Source: Cylindrospermopsis raciborskii Cr2010 (GTDB lineage: Bacteria; Cyanobacteriota; Cyanobacteriia; Cyanobacteriales; Nostocaceae). From it: 32,000 nucleotides of DNA. Shown in pieces: positions 1-8,072 of this stretch. The notes beneath the pieces are model-generated. The model was not told where the DNA came from and ran no database searches. It worked only from the letters and a program-made list of their open reading frames with translations. Where the stretch lies: contig NZ_CP065936.1 of assembly GCF_003367075.2 (NCBI RefSeq), positions 1,260,001 through 1,292,000 of the forward strand, in the 5' to 3' direction. Each line of letters opens with the position of its first letter. The first letter of the stretch is position 1. The position numbers were made by a program, and so were the translations under genes.

Positions 1-405
1 TACCTTCTAGCCTTATTATTAGGAGTGAACTTAAATCATAGCTTTGTATCCTTACTACAAGTTATCCTAGTTGTTTTCTTGGGTGCTGGTTGTTTTTGCG
101 CCTTCTCCTTGATTATTGGCTGCCTAGTTAGATCAAGAGAAAGATTTACTGGTATTGGACAATTGATTACCATGCCATTATTTTTTGCTAGTAACGCCAT
201 ATACCCAATTTCCCTAATGCCCGATTGGTTAAAAATAATTTCCCACCTCAATCCCCTCACCTACCAGGTAGATGCTTTACGGGGAATCATGGTAGTCAAC
301 GGAACCACCAATTATGGACTTGAGTTAGATTGCGCAGTTCTTCTGTTAACATTAATAGGCTTAACCTTTATTTGTGGAAGACTTTATCCACGAGTAGTCA
401 TGTAA
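1..405 (+). CDS. ABC-2 type transporter permease, C-terminal portion (5' end outside window)
   Basis: Frame 1 is open from base 1, so the listed ORF 25..405 is only the part after an internal start. The product is a multi-pass hydrophobic protein with an NAIYPISLMPDWLKIISHLNPLTYQVDALRG segment typical of ABC-2 exporters. Family assigned from memory. Confidence 0.7.
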   Translation, partial: YLLALLLGVNLNHSFVSLLQVILVVFLGAGCFCAFSLIIGCLVRSRERFTGIGQLITMPLFFASNAIYPISLMPDWLKIISHLNPLTYQVDALRGIMVVNGTTNYGLELDCAVLLLTLIGLTFICGRLYPRVVM

Positions 406-423
406 CCAGGAGAAAAACATCCT

Positions 424-879
424 ATGTCCTTCGATAAACCCCCCCAAAAATGTGCAGCTAGGGTAATGGAAACCATTCCCCTATTAATGCGGTTTATTCG
501 AAGTGACATGCGTAATCATAGTGCTGATTCCCTCACCATTCCCCAACTGCGATCGCTCGCCTTTCTCAAACGTAACCCGGGAACTTCCCTTTCCGCAGTA
601 GCAGAGCATCTTGGTGTTACCTGTGCCACAGCTTCCACAACCATCGAAAGACTGGTACAACGCCATCTGGTACAAAGAACAGATCACCCCCAGGAAAGAA
701 GAAAAATAGTATTAAATCTCACCACACAAGGAAAATCCCTCTTAGAAGAATCTCAGGAAAAAACTCGCCTTCATATTGCCGAAATTATTGAGAGCCTAAC
801 CTCGGAAGAACTATTACAAATTGAAACAAGTCTTACTTTGCTAAAAAATGTCTTTGAAAAAACCGAATCTAACCACTGA
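424..879 (+). CDS. MarR family transcriptional regulator
   Basis: 151 aa with a winged-HTH core (LTIPQLRSLAFLKRNPGTSLSAVAEHLGVTCATASTTIERLVQRHLVQRTDHPQERRKIVLNLT). It sits between transporter genes. Confidence 0.85.
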   Translation: MSFDKPPQKCAARVMETIPLLMRFIRSDMRNHSADSLTIPQLRSLAFLKRNPGTSLSAVAEHLGVTCATASTTIERLVQRHLVQRTDHPQERRKIVLNLTTQGKSLLEESQEKTRLHIAEIIESLTSEELLQIETSLTLLKNVFEKTESNH

Positions 880-2089
880 CCATAGTAGCATCCATGACCC
901 ATTTGCTGCGCTAAGATTTAGAGACTACCGATTATTTACCATAGGAAGGATTCTGTTATTTACAGGTAACCAAATGCAAACAGTAGCCCTAGGTTGGGAA
1001 CTGTATGAACGTACCAACTCCCCTCTAGCCCTAGGTATAGTAGGACTGGCACAAGTATTACCAGTTATATTATTAACCTTAATAGCTGGACACGTAGCGG
1101 ACAAATATAATCGTCAACGCACCACTGTAGTAGCTAGCCTCCTTTTAGCTCTTTGTTCATTGGGATTAGGCATAATCTCTTATACACAGGCACCAGTATT
1201 TTTGATTTATATTTGCCTAGTCCTTACTGGTATAGCCAGAGCCTTCCTCAAACCTGCCAGCGATGCCATGATGTGGCAATTAATACCTCCACAAGTATTT
1301 ACTAATGCTGCCACCTGGGTAAGTGGTAGCTTTCAACTAGCATCAGTAATTGGACCAGCTCTAGGTGGATTTGTTATTGCCATTTTTAATAGTGCCACCC
1401 AGGTGTATATACTCACATCAATTGCATCCCTATCATTTCTAATAGCTGTAGTAGCTATGAACCCACCAGAAGGAAATCTCAGTAAAGAGCCAATATCCCT
1501 GAGATCCTTAGCAGCGGGGGCAGAATTCATTTGGAAGAATCAAATTATATTAGCTGCTATTACACTAGATCTATTTGCTGTTTTATTTGGTGGTGCAGTA
1601 GCACTATTGCCAATATATGCCAAAGACATTTTAAAAGTAGGTCCAGTAGAACTCGGATATTTACAAGCAGCACCGGCCATAGGAGCATTAATTATGGGCG
1701 CGGTGCTGATACAACTTCCACCCATTACTAAAACCTGGTCTACCCTACTATGGTCGGTTTTTGGTTTTGGGGTCACAACCATTATTTTTGGCCTATCCAA
1801 ATGGATGTGGTTATCCCTGCTCATGTTAGCTCTTGGTGGAGGATTAGATACTATTAGCGTAGTCATTCGCCACACCTTAGTACAACTAAAAACCCCGGAA
1901 GAATTAAGAGGTCGTGTGGCAGCCATTAATACAGTATTTATAACTGCATCAAATGAACTAGGAGCTTTTGAATCTGGACTAGTAGCTGCTCTAGTAGGAC
2001 CCATACTTTGCGTAGTTGGTGGAGGAATAGGTACAATTTTAGTAGTTTTAGCAACTATGGTAATTTGGCCCGAACTAAACAAAACATAA
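848..2089 (+). CDS. MFS transporter
   Basis: 413 aa with about 12 predicted hydrophobic helices and a GHVADKYNRQR loop motif between TM2 and TM3. It overlaps the MarR stop by 32 nt. Confidence 0.85.
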   Translation: MSLKKPNLTTDHSSIHDPFAALRFRDYRLFTIGRILLFTGNQMQTVALGWELYERTNSPLALGIVGLAQVLPVILLTLIAGHVADKYNRQRTTVVASLLLALCSLGLGIISYTQAPVFLIYICLVLTGIARAFLKPASDAMMWQLIPPQVFTNAATWVSGSFQLASVIGPALGGFVIAIFNSATQVYILTSIASLSFLIAVVAMNPPEGNLSKEPISLRSLAAGAEFIWKNQIILAAITLDLFAVLFGGAVALLPIYAKDILKVGPVELGYLQAAPAIGALIMGAVLIQLPPITKTWSTLLWSVFGFGVTTIIFGLSKWMWLSLLMLALGGGLDTISVVIRHTLVQLKTPEELRGRVAAINTVFITASNELGAFESGLVAALVGPILCVVGGGIGTILVVLATMVIWPELNKT

Positions 2090-2103
2090 GAGAGAGGATA
2101 ATC

Positions 2104-3390
2104 ATGACCCTTTGGCTAAAAACAAAGATATACCAGCATTTACCAGCATTTAAATCCCGAAACTTTCGACTTTTCTTTACAGGACAAACCATGTCCTTGT
2201 CAGGAACATTCATGACCCAGGTGACAATTTCTTGGGTAATCTATGACTTGACCAAATCCTCTTGGTTACTTGGGTTAACAGGATTTTTACAATTTTTGCC
2301 CACCGTACTCCTCACCCCATTTTCAGGAGTATTATGCGATCGCTGGAATCAGAAAAAGCTGCTCATACTGGTACAGATTTTAGGCCTAATGGTTTCCACC
2401 ACCTTGACCACACTGACATTTTTAGGATTGATAAAAGTTTGGTTGCTAATAACAGTAGCCATTTTAGGAGGAATGTTAAAAGGTTTAGACATGCCTGTTC
2501 GTTATGCAATAGTGATTAATACCGTAGACGAACGTAACCACTTAGGAAATGCGATCGCCCTTTATTCTGCCATGTTGAGCAGTTCCCTATTAATTGGACC
2601 AGCTGTGGGTGGGATATTGCTGGCCAGCGTAGGAGCCAAATATTGTTTTTTATACGACAGTATAAGTTATATCATTGCCCTGATAACATTAGGTGCGATG
2701 AAACTGCGACCAAAGATAGTAGTAAAGGGGGGAAAGACCGCAAACACCTGGAAAAAATTACAAGAAGGATGGGAATACGTTTTTAAAAATCTAGCAATTC
2801 GGTCAATTCTAATATTATTAACCTTTCATGGTTTAGTAGGTATTTCCTACATGGCAATCCTCCCCGTATTTGCGGGATATATTCTTCAGGGTGATGGGGG
2901 TACAATGGGAATGTTGAGTGCAGCGAGTTCCATAGGTTCCCTCATGGCTTGTGTCTATTTAAGTTTGCGCCGTGAGGTATTAGGATTAGAGAAATTAATG
3001 GCCAGTTGTCCAATCGCTATTGGGTTTGGACTAATAGCCTTTGGTTTATCCAAAACGACCTGGCTATCATTATTAGTTTTAACAGTTATTGGTGGTAGTG
3101 GTATGTTGCAGGTTTCCTGTGGCAATACAATTATTCAAACACTAGTAGAAGATGATAAACGGGGTAGGGTAATGAGTTTATACTCCTTAGCCATAATTGG
3201 CACTTTACCCCTAGGTAACTTGATTGTTGGCAGTTTAGCACAAAACATAGGTGCCCCAAACACAGTTATTGGATGTGGCATTTTTTGTTTGTTAGAATCA
3301 ATCTGGTTCAATCAACAATTACCTCTGCTTAGAGGTAAAATAAGAGAAACTTTAATTTTGTCTACTTCCACCTTAGAAACTGGAGCTTAG
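2104..3390 (+). CDS. MFS transporter (paralogous type)
   Basis: The ORF track starts at 2008, but that stretch overlaps the upstream MFS gene. The ATG at 2104 (MTLWLKTKIYQHLPAFKSRNFRLFFTGQ) gives a typical MFS N-terminus. A GVLCDRWNQKK loop motif is present. Confidence 0.85.
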   Translation: MTLWLKTKIYQHLPAFKSRNFRLFFTGQTMSLSGTFMTQVTISWVIYDLTKSSWLLGLTGFLQFLPTVLLTPFSGVLCDRWNQKKLLILVQILGLMVSTTLTTLTFLGLIKVWLLITVAILGGMLKGLDMPVRYAIVINTVDERNHLGNAIALYSAMLSSSLLIGPAVGGILLASVGAKYCFLYDSISYIIALITLGAMKLRPKIVVKGGKTANTWKKLQEGWEYVFKNLAIRSILILLTFHGLVGISYMAILPVFAGYILQGDGGTMGMLSAASSIGSLMACVYLSLRREVLGLEKLMASCPIAIGFGLIAFGLSKTTWLSLLVLTVIGGSGMLQVSCGNTIIQTLVEDDKRGRVMSLYSLAIIGTLPLGNLIVGSLAQNIGAPNTVIGCGIFCLLESIWFNQQLPLLRGKIRETLILSTSTLETGA

Positions 3391-3402
3391 CAATCTTGTA
3401 GG
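3368..3402 (+). repeat. 35-bp direct repeat, copy 1 (includes the last codons and stop of the MFS gene)
   Basis: CCACCTTAGAAACTGGAGCTTAGCAATCTTGTAGG is identical, base for base, to 5667-5701. Confidence 0.95.
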
Positions 3403-3486
3403 GTCTCTCCTTTTTGCTAGATGCTAGGCTAGATGTGAGGTGTTTGAGTGAATTTGCAGTACATGTACTTACCCATTTAATTAATT

Positions 3487-4932
3487 ATGAAAGTGGCAAT
3501 TTCTAACTTAGGCAATATTCAAAAAGCAGAAATCGAATTAAGTCCGTTCACAGTATTTATTGGTAGAAGTGGTACTGGTAAAAGTTGGACTGCTTATACA
3601 ATAGCTTCTATAGTGAGTAACTATGGTTTTAAGTCTTATCTACAAATATATGAGGACAAAATTAAACGGGAACAGTATAATTTAGAATATGATGTTTTGG
3701 AAGAAAGTATTCAGGAGTTTTTAGAATCGGGCAGTTGTCAGATAAATCTGGTCAACTTTGCACAGAAGTTTGCAGAAAAGTATGTTAATGATCTTGCTAA
3801 AATGTCCCCTAATTGGTTATCAAAATTTCTGGGAACATCCAGGCTAAATTTTAATAATCTGGAAGTTAAATTTTCTATTAATGAATTAAAACAAGACTTA
3901 GTAACCAGAATCAGGCAAATTTCATTTCAGCAAGAGATGAACTATGGGAACCAAGGGTTGAAAGTTTTTAAGCAACAGGATGAAGAAGAGATATATTTTT
4001 ATCAGGTTTACGAGGGTAATAGAGATAGTTTAAAAGATAGCTTAAAACTTCCTCCATTACTAATCAGAGACTTATTTTTAAAAACTATACTGGGAATAAT
4101 CCATGAATGTTTCTATGCTGATGTTCATATCTTTCCCACTGAAAGAACAGCATATATAGGATTTCCTTTTTCTGTGAATTTAAGCAAGCTGATGGAGCTA
4201 GAAATGGAGAAGACAATTTCACCAGAGGAACAAAAACCTATCATGGAAAACCTCATGAAATTCAAAAGATCAAAAAGATCGAGAAGTGGTATTATTGACA
4301 GTCTAACATCTGTCATAGCAAGTGCTGTAATAAAAACAGATCAAGAGAGAGATGAAGAAGCAGAAAAAGACCCACAGATAAAAAAATATATCGACTTGGC
4401 GAATTTTTTACAAGAAAATATTCTGTCTGGCCATGTTAAGTTTAATTCATCACCATTGGTAAATGAAATTATTTTTGAGCCAATCCCAGACGTGAAATTA
4501 GAAATGCACATTACCTCATCTATGATTAAAGAATTGACACCTCTGTACTTGTGCTTACGTTACTTGGCAAAACCTAATGAATTATTAGTGATTGATGAAC
4601 CGGAAATGAATTTACATCCTGCAGCACAGGTGGAAATTACCGAGTTTTTGGCTATGCTGGTGAATGCAGGAATTAAAGTCCTAATTACCACTCACAGTCC
4701 CTATATAGTCAATCATATCTCTAATTTAATTAAAGCTGCCAACTATGAGAACAAAGATACCATAAAAGAAAAATTTTATTTGGAAAGAACCGATGCTTTT
4801 ATTGCACAGAAAAATGTTTCAATATATTTATTTGAAGATGGAACAGCCAAAAACATATTGCATGAAAATGGGCAAATAGACTGGGATACTTTTGCCGATG
4901 TTTCTGACGATGTCGGTCATATTTTGTTCTAG
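3487..4932 (+). CDS. ABC/SMC-type (AAA_15/AAA_21-like) ATPase with no fused nuclease domain
   Basis: 481 aa. Walker A is FIGRSGTGKS (codons 3562-3585). Walker B is LLVIDEPEMNLHP (from 4582). An H-loop ITTHSPY and a long helical insert lie between the two lobes. This architecture resembles the ATPases of Septu, PARIS and Gabija-type systems. Confidence 0.8.
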   Translation: MKVAISNLGNIQKAEIELSPFTVFIGRSGTGKSWTAYTIASIVSNYGFKSYLQIYEDKIKREQYNLEYDVLEESIQEFLESGSCQINLVNFAQKFAEKYVNDLAKMSPNWLSKFLGTSRLNFNNLEVKFSINELKQDLVTRIRQISFQQEMNYGNQGLKVFKQQDEEEIYFYQVYEGNRDSLKDSLKLPPLLIRDLFLKTILGIIHECFYADVHIFPTERTAYIGFPFSVNLSKLMELEMEKTISPEEQKPIMENLMKFKRSKRSRSGIIDSLTSVIASAVIKTDQERDEEAEKDPQIKKYIDLANFLQENILSGHVKFNSSPLVNEIIFEPIPDVKLEMHITSSMIKELTPLYLCLRYLAKPNELLVIDEPEMNLHPAAQVEITEFLAMLVNAGIKVLITTHSPYIVNHISNLIKAANYENKDTIKEKFYLERTDAFIAQKNVSIYLFEDGTAKNILHENGQIDWDTFADVSDDVGHILF

Positions 4933-4980
4933 TTATATTTTAGTAAAAGCGTTATTTTATTAGAAAGGTGTAATTTCCAG

Positions 4981-5523
4981 ATGCTTTTTGACTATTTACT
5001 ATTATCAGGTTGTTTACTGCCAAATAGATATAGCTATTCAGAAAATGGAGTTAAGATAGAATTGCAACCCCAGAGTGGCGAGTTAATTTTGTTGTTTCAT
5101 ATAGATGATCAATCAAATAGAGATTGTAAATTCAGAAGAGTTTTGGAATTGGATAATCAGGGTATGAAAATGTGTGATTTGATAGTATTTTACGCTAAGG
5201 ATTCAACAAGAAATATATGTTTTATAGAATTAAAAGGTAGAGATATTGAAACCGCAATACAGCAGATAAATAATACATACAAGTACTTTCATGCCAAGCT
5301 AAATCAATCCAATGCATGTAATCTAGTGCCAGAGGTTAATACCAAAGCTTGTATTGTATCCAGAGCTTGTGTGCCAATAAAACCCCTAGATTCCTATACA
5401 TCATATAAAGAATTGAAATATAACTTTGGAAAGGAAAACATTTCTATTAGTAAGTCTTCAAGTTTAGATAGGTTTTTACGAGGTTTAAATTATGAACCTA
5501 AAGGTAAAAAAAATAGGAAATAA
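4981..5523 (+). CDS. Hypothetical protein, possible PD-(D/E)xK-fold nuclease
   Basis: 180 aa, 48 nt downstream of the ATPase on the same strand. It carries D66 (5176-5178) followed by a beta-strand-like ICFIELKG with E83-x-K85 (5227-5235). The spacing fits the D..(D/E)xK restriction-endonuclease core. The fold is inferred, not verified. Confidence 0.55.
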   Translation: MLFDYLLLSGCLLPNRYSYSENGVKIELQPQSGELILLFHIDDQSNRDCKFRRVLELDNQGMKMCDLIVFYAKDSTRNICFIELKGRDIETAIQQINNTYKYFHAKLNQSNACNLVPEVNTKACIVSRACVPIKPLDSYTSYKELKYNFGKENISISKSSSLDRFLRGLNYEPKGKKNRK

Positions 5524-5666
5524 TCAAAGCCTATTTAAACAAAATATGTAAAATATAGCGATATGCGATTGAATGAGATACAAGCTGACGTGGTAAGCAG
5601 ACGAGTTAACTAGAAAATTGGAATCTGGTCCCAAATACATCTCTTAGCAATAGAATATACTTTAAA

Positions 5667-5701
5667 ACCACCTTAGAAACTGGAGCTTAGCAATCTTGTA
5701 G
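5667..5701 (+). repeat. 35-bp direct repeat, copy 2
   Basis: Identical to 3368-3402. It continues directly into the hairpin repeat at 5697-5724. Confidence 0.95.
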
Positions 5702-5724
5702 GTTGGGTTGAGGGACGAAACCCA
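5697..5724 (+). repeat. Small dispersed hairpin repeat (GTAGGTTGGGTTGAG..CGAAACCCAAC family)
   Basis: GTTGGGTT / AACCCAAC forms the stem. Related copies lie at 22314-22346 (+) and, degenerate and inverted, at 7326-7350. Confidence 0.6.
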
Positions 5725-5859
5725 ACAAACTCCAATGTGGACTACAAGCAATTCACCAATGTCGCAGATTGGATTGAGGACCAACCATCTGGGATGATTA
5801 TATGATTATAGGTGTAGACTTCTCTTAGGTTTTGGAACCACACTTGGGTAATTAGAACT

Positions 5860-6447
5860 CTAAATCTCATAGTACCAAATATCTTCTTGATGGACAATAA
5901 TTCGATTAAGAGATTTTCTCTCAATGACTTTTTCCTGTTCTAATTGTCCTAGTAAGCGGGTGACAGTAACCCGAGTAGAACTGATCAACCCAGCCAAATC
6001 TTCATGAGTTAACCGCATATCAATTAAACGTCCTTGTTCTACCTGAGAACCGAATTTTCTCGACAACCACACTAATAATTGAATTAACATTGTTTCGACC
6101 TTTTTATTACCGCGAATTACCATTAATTCCTCTGCTTGCTCAATGTGCTTAAGCCAATCAGTTTTTGATTGATTCCAGTCCTGGGCAAATACCAAGCTTG
6201 CTTCTACGTTAGTTAAACATTGTGCTTGATAAGGTTTTATTCTTGTCAGGGACTGACCGACTATATCCCCCGCACCCCATAACCCCAGTGCTATCATTGT
6301 TCCATCTTCCAAATATGTATTAGTCATAACAAAACCGCTATTTATTTGCCAAAGATGACTATTATCTAATGGTAAAAGCGATCGCCGAGTAAAGTACCTT
6401 TGATGATCGTTAGCAGATAATTGACTTAAATCTGTAGATGATGGCAT
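5860..6447 (-). CDS. Crp/Fnr family transcriptional regulator
   Basis: 195 aa with an N-terminal cNMP-binding-like beta-roll and a C-terminal HTH (LTHEDLAGLISSTRVTVTRLLGQLEQEKVI). Confidence 0.85.
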   Translation of the reverse strand: MPSSTDLSQLSANDHQRYFTRRSLLPLDNSHLWQINSGFVMTNTYLEDGTMIALGLWGAGDIVGQSLTRIKPYQAQCLTNVEASLVFAQDWNQSKTDWLKHIEQAEELMVIRGNKKVETMLIQLLVWLSRKFGSQVEQGRLIDMRLTHEDLAGLISSTRVTVTRLLGQLEQEKVIERKSLNRIIVHQEDIWYYEI

Positions 6448-6547
6448 TATTACTTATATTACAATTAGTCGATTGAGTAATCGTAGTATATATTAAATTA
6501 GGATCCAAAAGATAGATTTTTAGTTTTTTTGCGCTGGGTAGACAAAA

Positions 6548-6583
6548 ATACTAAAACCCGATAGAGTTATGATATTTTAGTAT
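6548..6583. promoter_or_regulatory. Candidate operator in the Crp/Rrf2 divergent intergenic region
   Basis: A perfect 9-bp inverted repeat, ATACTAAAA (6548-6556) and TTTTAGTAT (6575-6583), sits in the 185-bp divergent promoter region. Confidence 0.25.
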
Positions 6584-6632
6584 CATCAATAAGAAAGCAA
6601 CTAGTTTCGCATAAACACCCATAGACAAATCA

Positions 6633-7115
6633 ATGAACAATAGTATTTTAAACAACGATGAAAATAGTCAAAGTTACGGACTTTTAGAACTGTCTGCCAA
6701 AGTAGAGTACGCACTGTTAGCGCTATTAGAGCTAGCTATTAATCACGGGAAGAAAGTTACTCTAACGATCAGCGACATTGCAGCCAAACAACCAATACCA
6801 GAGCGTTACTTAGAGCAGATTCTCACCCAATTACGACGTGCGGGAGTAGTGCAAAGCCAGCGGGGGTCAAAAGGGGGTTTTTTGTTGGTGCGTGAACCTT
6901 GGGAGATAAGCTTGCTAGAGATAGTTTCTTTGATAGAAGGGGAGAGGAATGAAAAGAGAAATGCCAACGTTTTGACCATAGAGAAAACCCTAGTGTGGGA
7001 AATTTGGGAGCGGGCCAACACAGCTTCAGTAGAAGTGCTAGGTCGCTACACCTTGCAGGACTTGTGTCAAGAAAGGGAAATAAGATCACAAGAAAATCCT
7101 ATGTACTATATTTAG
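6633..7115 (+). CDS. Rrf2 family transcriptional regulator (lacks the Cys ligands for an Fe-S cluster)
   Basis: 160 aa with KVEYALLALLELA..., RYLEQILTQLRRAGVVQSQRGSKGGFLL and a C-terminal MYYI. It is a clear paralogue of 25537-25986. Confidence 0.85.
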   Translation: MNNSILNNDENSQSYGLLELSAKVEYALLALLELAINHGKKVTLTISDIAAKQPIPERYLEQILTQLRRAGVVQSQRGSKGGFLLVREPWEISLLEIVSLIEGERNEKRNANVLTIEKTLVWEIWERANTASVEVLGRYTLQDLCQEREIRSQENPMYYI

Positions 7116-7325
7116 ACTATACAAAACAAGTATAATAATATATACCATAGATAAGAATAAACGTATCAATTGTTTATAAGGGCTGCAATATGATAAGGTA
7201 CGCGGGTATATTGATATCCTCAATTGGAATTAACTGCGGATCGCATCACAGTGTAATCTAGGTTGGATTTTCTCAACCCAAGGTGAGTTTAACCATGAGT
7301 TAGGGGTAATTCTTCCCGTGGGTTT

Positions 7326-7350
7326 GTTGGGTTTCGTATTAAACTCAACC
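7326..7350 (-). repeat. Degenerate inverted copy of the dispersed hairpin repeat
   Basis: The reverse complement GGTTGAGTTTAATACGAAACCCAAC resembles GGTTGGGTTGAGGGACGAAACCCAAC at 5699-5724. Confidence 0.45.
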
Positions 7351-7380
7351 TTGTATATTCAGAGAAGTGGTAGGCCATCC

Positions 7381-7420
7381 CAAAGTGGGTCTGGACACCA
7401 GTCAGAGTAAGGGACTAAAA
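7381..7420 (+). repeat. Leader box, distal copy
   Basis: CAAAGTGGGTCTGGACACCAGTCAGAGTAAGGGACTAAAA matches 8073-8112 at 35 of 40 positions in my hand alignment. Confidence 0.8.
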
Positions 7421-7812
7421 GCGATCGCATCTTACAGGTTACTATTGTAACATTTGTCCTAGTACAGTGTTTTTTTGCAGATGGGCGATTGCGAAGCACT
7501 CCTCATAGGCGATCGCTCTTACACAGTCTGTTTTCTAGACTTTACCATTTTGCTAATGTTTTAAGTTGCTATATTTATATATAGATTTTGTGGTATACTG
7601 GTGTGCTAGTAATCCACTATAAACTTTATACTTGATGCCTATTGGGTATTTTGAATCTCATGCGATCGCCAGTAGTAGTGTTAATAAAAACAGTGGTTCG
7701 GATAGTTTTTTCATCTCATCTAGAACCTGGCTGGATTTGTTCTCTAAAATCTCTAATAAACGACTGACATTAGAAAATTTAAATGTTACATTATATTGTT
7801 GGTTCTACAATA

Positions 7813-7842
7813 TTGACTATTATTCTATAAATCCTCTATAAT
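7813..7842 (+). promoter_or_regulatory. Candidate sigma70-type promoter for the CRISPR leader and array
   Basis: TTGACT (7813-7818), an 18-nt spacer, then TATAAT (7837-7842). It lies about 270 nt upstream of the first repeat and in the same orientation as the array. The context is A+T-rich, so a chance match is possible. Confidence 0.3.
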
Positions 7843-8072
7843 AGGGGAATTCCAGGATTTATTTTAAATTTTATTAACCAAGTATATTTAAAAAGTAAAG
7901 TAATACAAATGACACTAAAACTAGTAATTAACGAAGGAACTGCGAAGGTCAAGAAAAAACGCTGGAATGCCTATTATTTCGTCGGGAACCTCGCAGCCTT
8001 GTGGGGTAAGGGTTTCAGCCATTATTTTGAGGGTAGTGGAGGTGAAAAAGAGAGAAATTTTGCTGACCTTCG

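Noticed and set aside
1540-2082. Long antisense or alternate-frame ORFs inside confident genes (1540..2082 -, 16235..16540 -, 18503..18919 -, 19982..20194 +, 21773..22048 -, 26381..26710 +, 30210..30416 +, and others).
   Set aside because: They fully overlap well-supported CDSs, have skewed composition and carry no motifs. They are typical shadow ORFs.
2008-2103. N-terminal extensions in the ORF track (2008 for the second MFS gene, 29779 for urtB, 20478 for mutL, 19511 for the small protein).
   Set aside because: The extensions overlap upstream genes or start at TTG with non-protein-like sequence. Internal ATGs give canonical N-termini.
5860-6447. The Crp-family regulator as NtcA.
   Set aside because: Its length (195 aa) and sequence differ from the highly conserved cyanobacterial NtcA. 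Only the generic Crp/Fnr HTH (STRVTVTRLLG) is shared.
7220-7234. TCAATTGGAATTAAC as a degenerate CRISPR repeat remnant (compare ..TCAATGGAAAC).
   Set aside because: The similarity covers only about 10 scattered bases in A+T-rich sequence and the repeat 5' half is absent.
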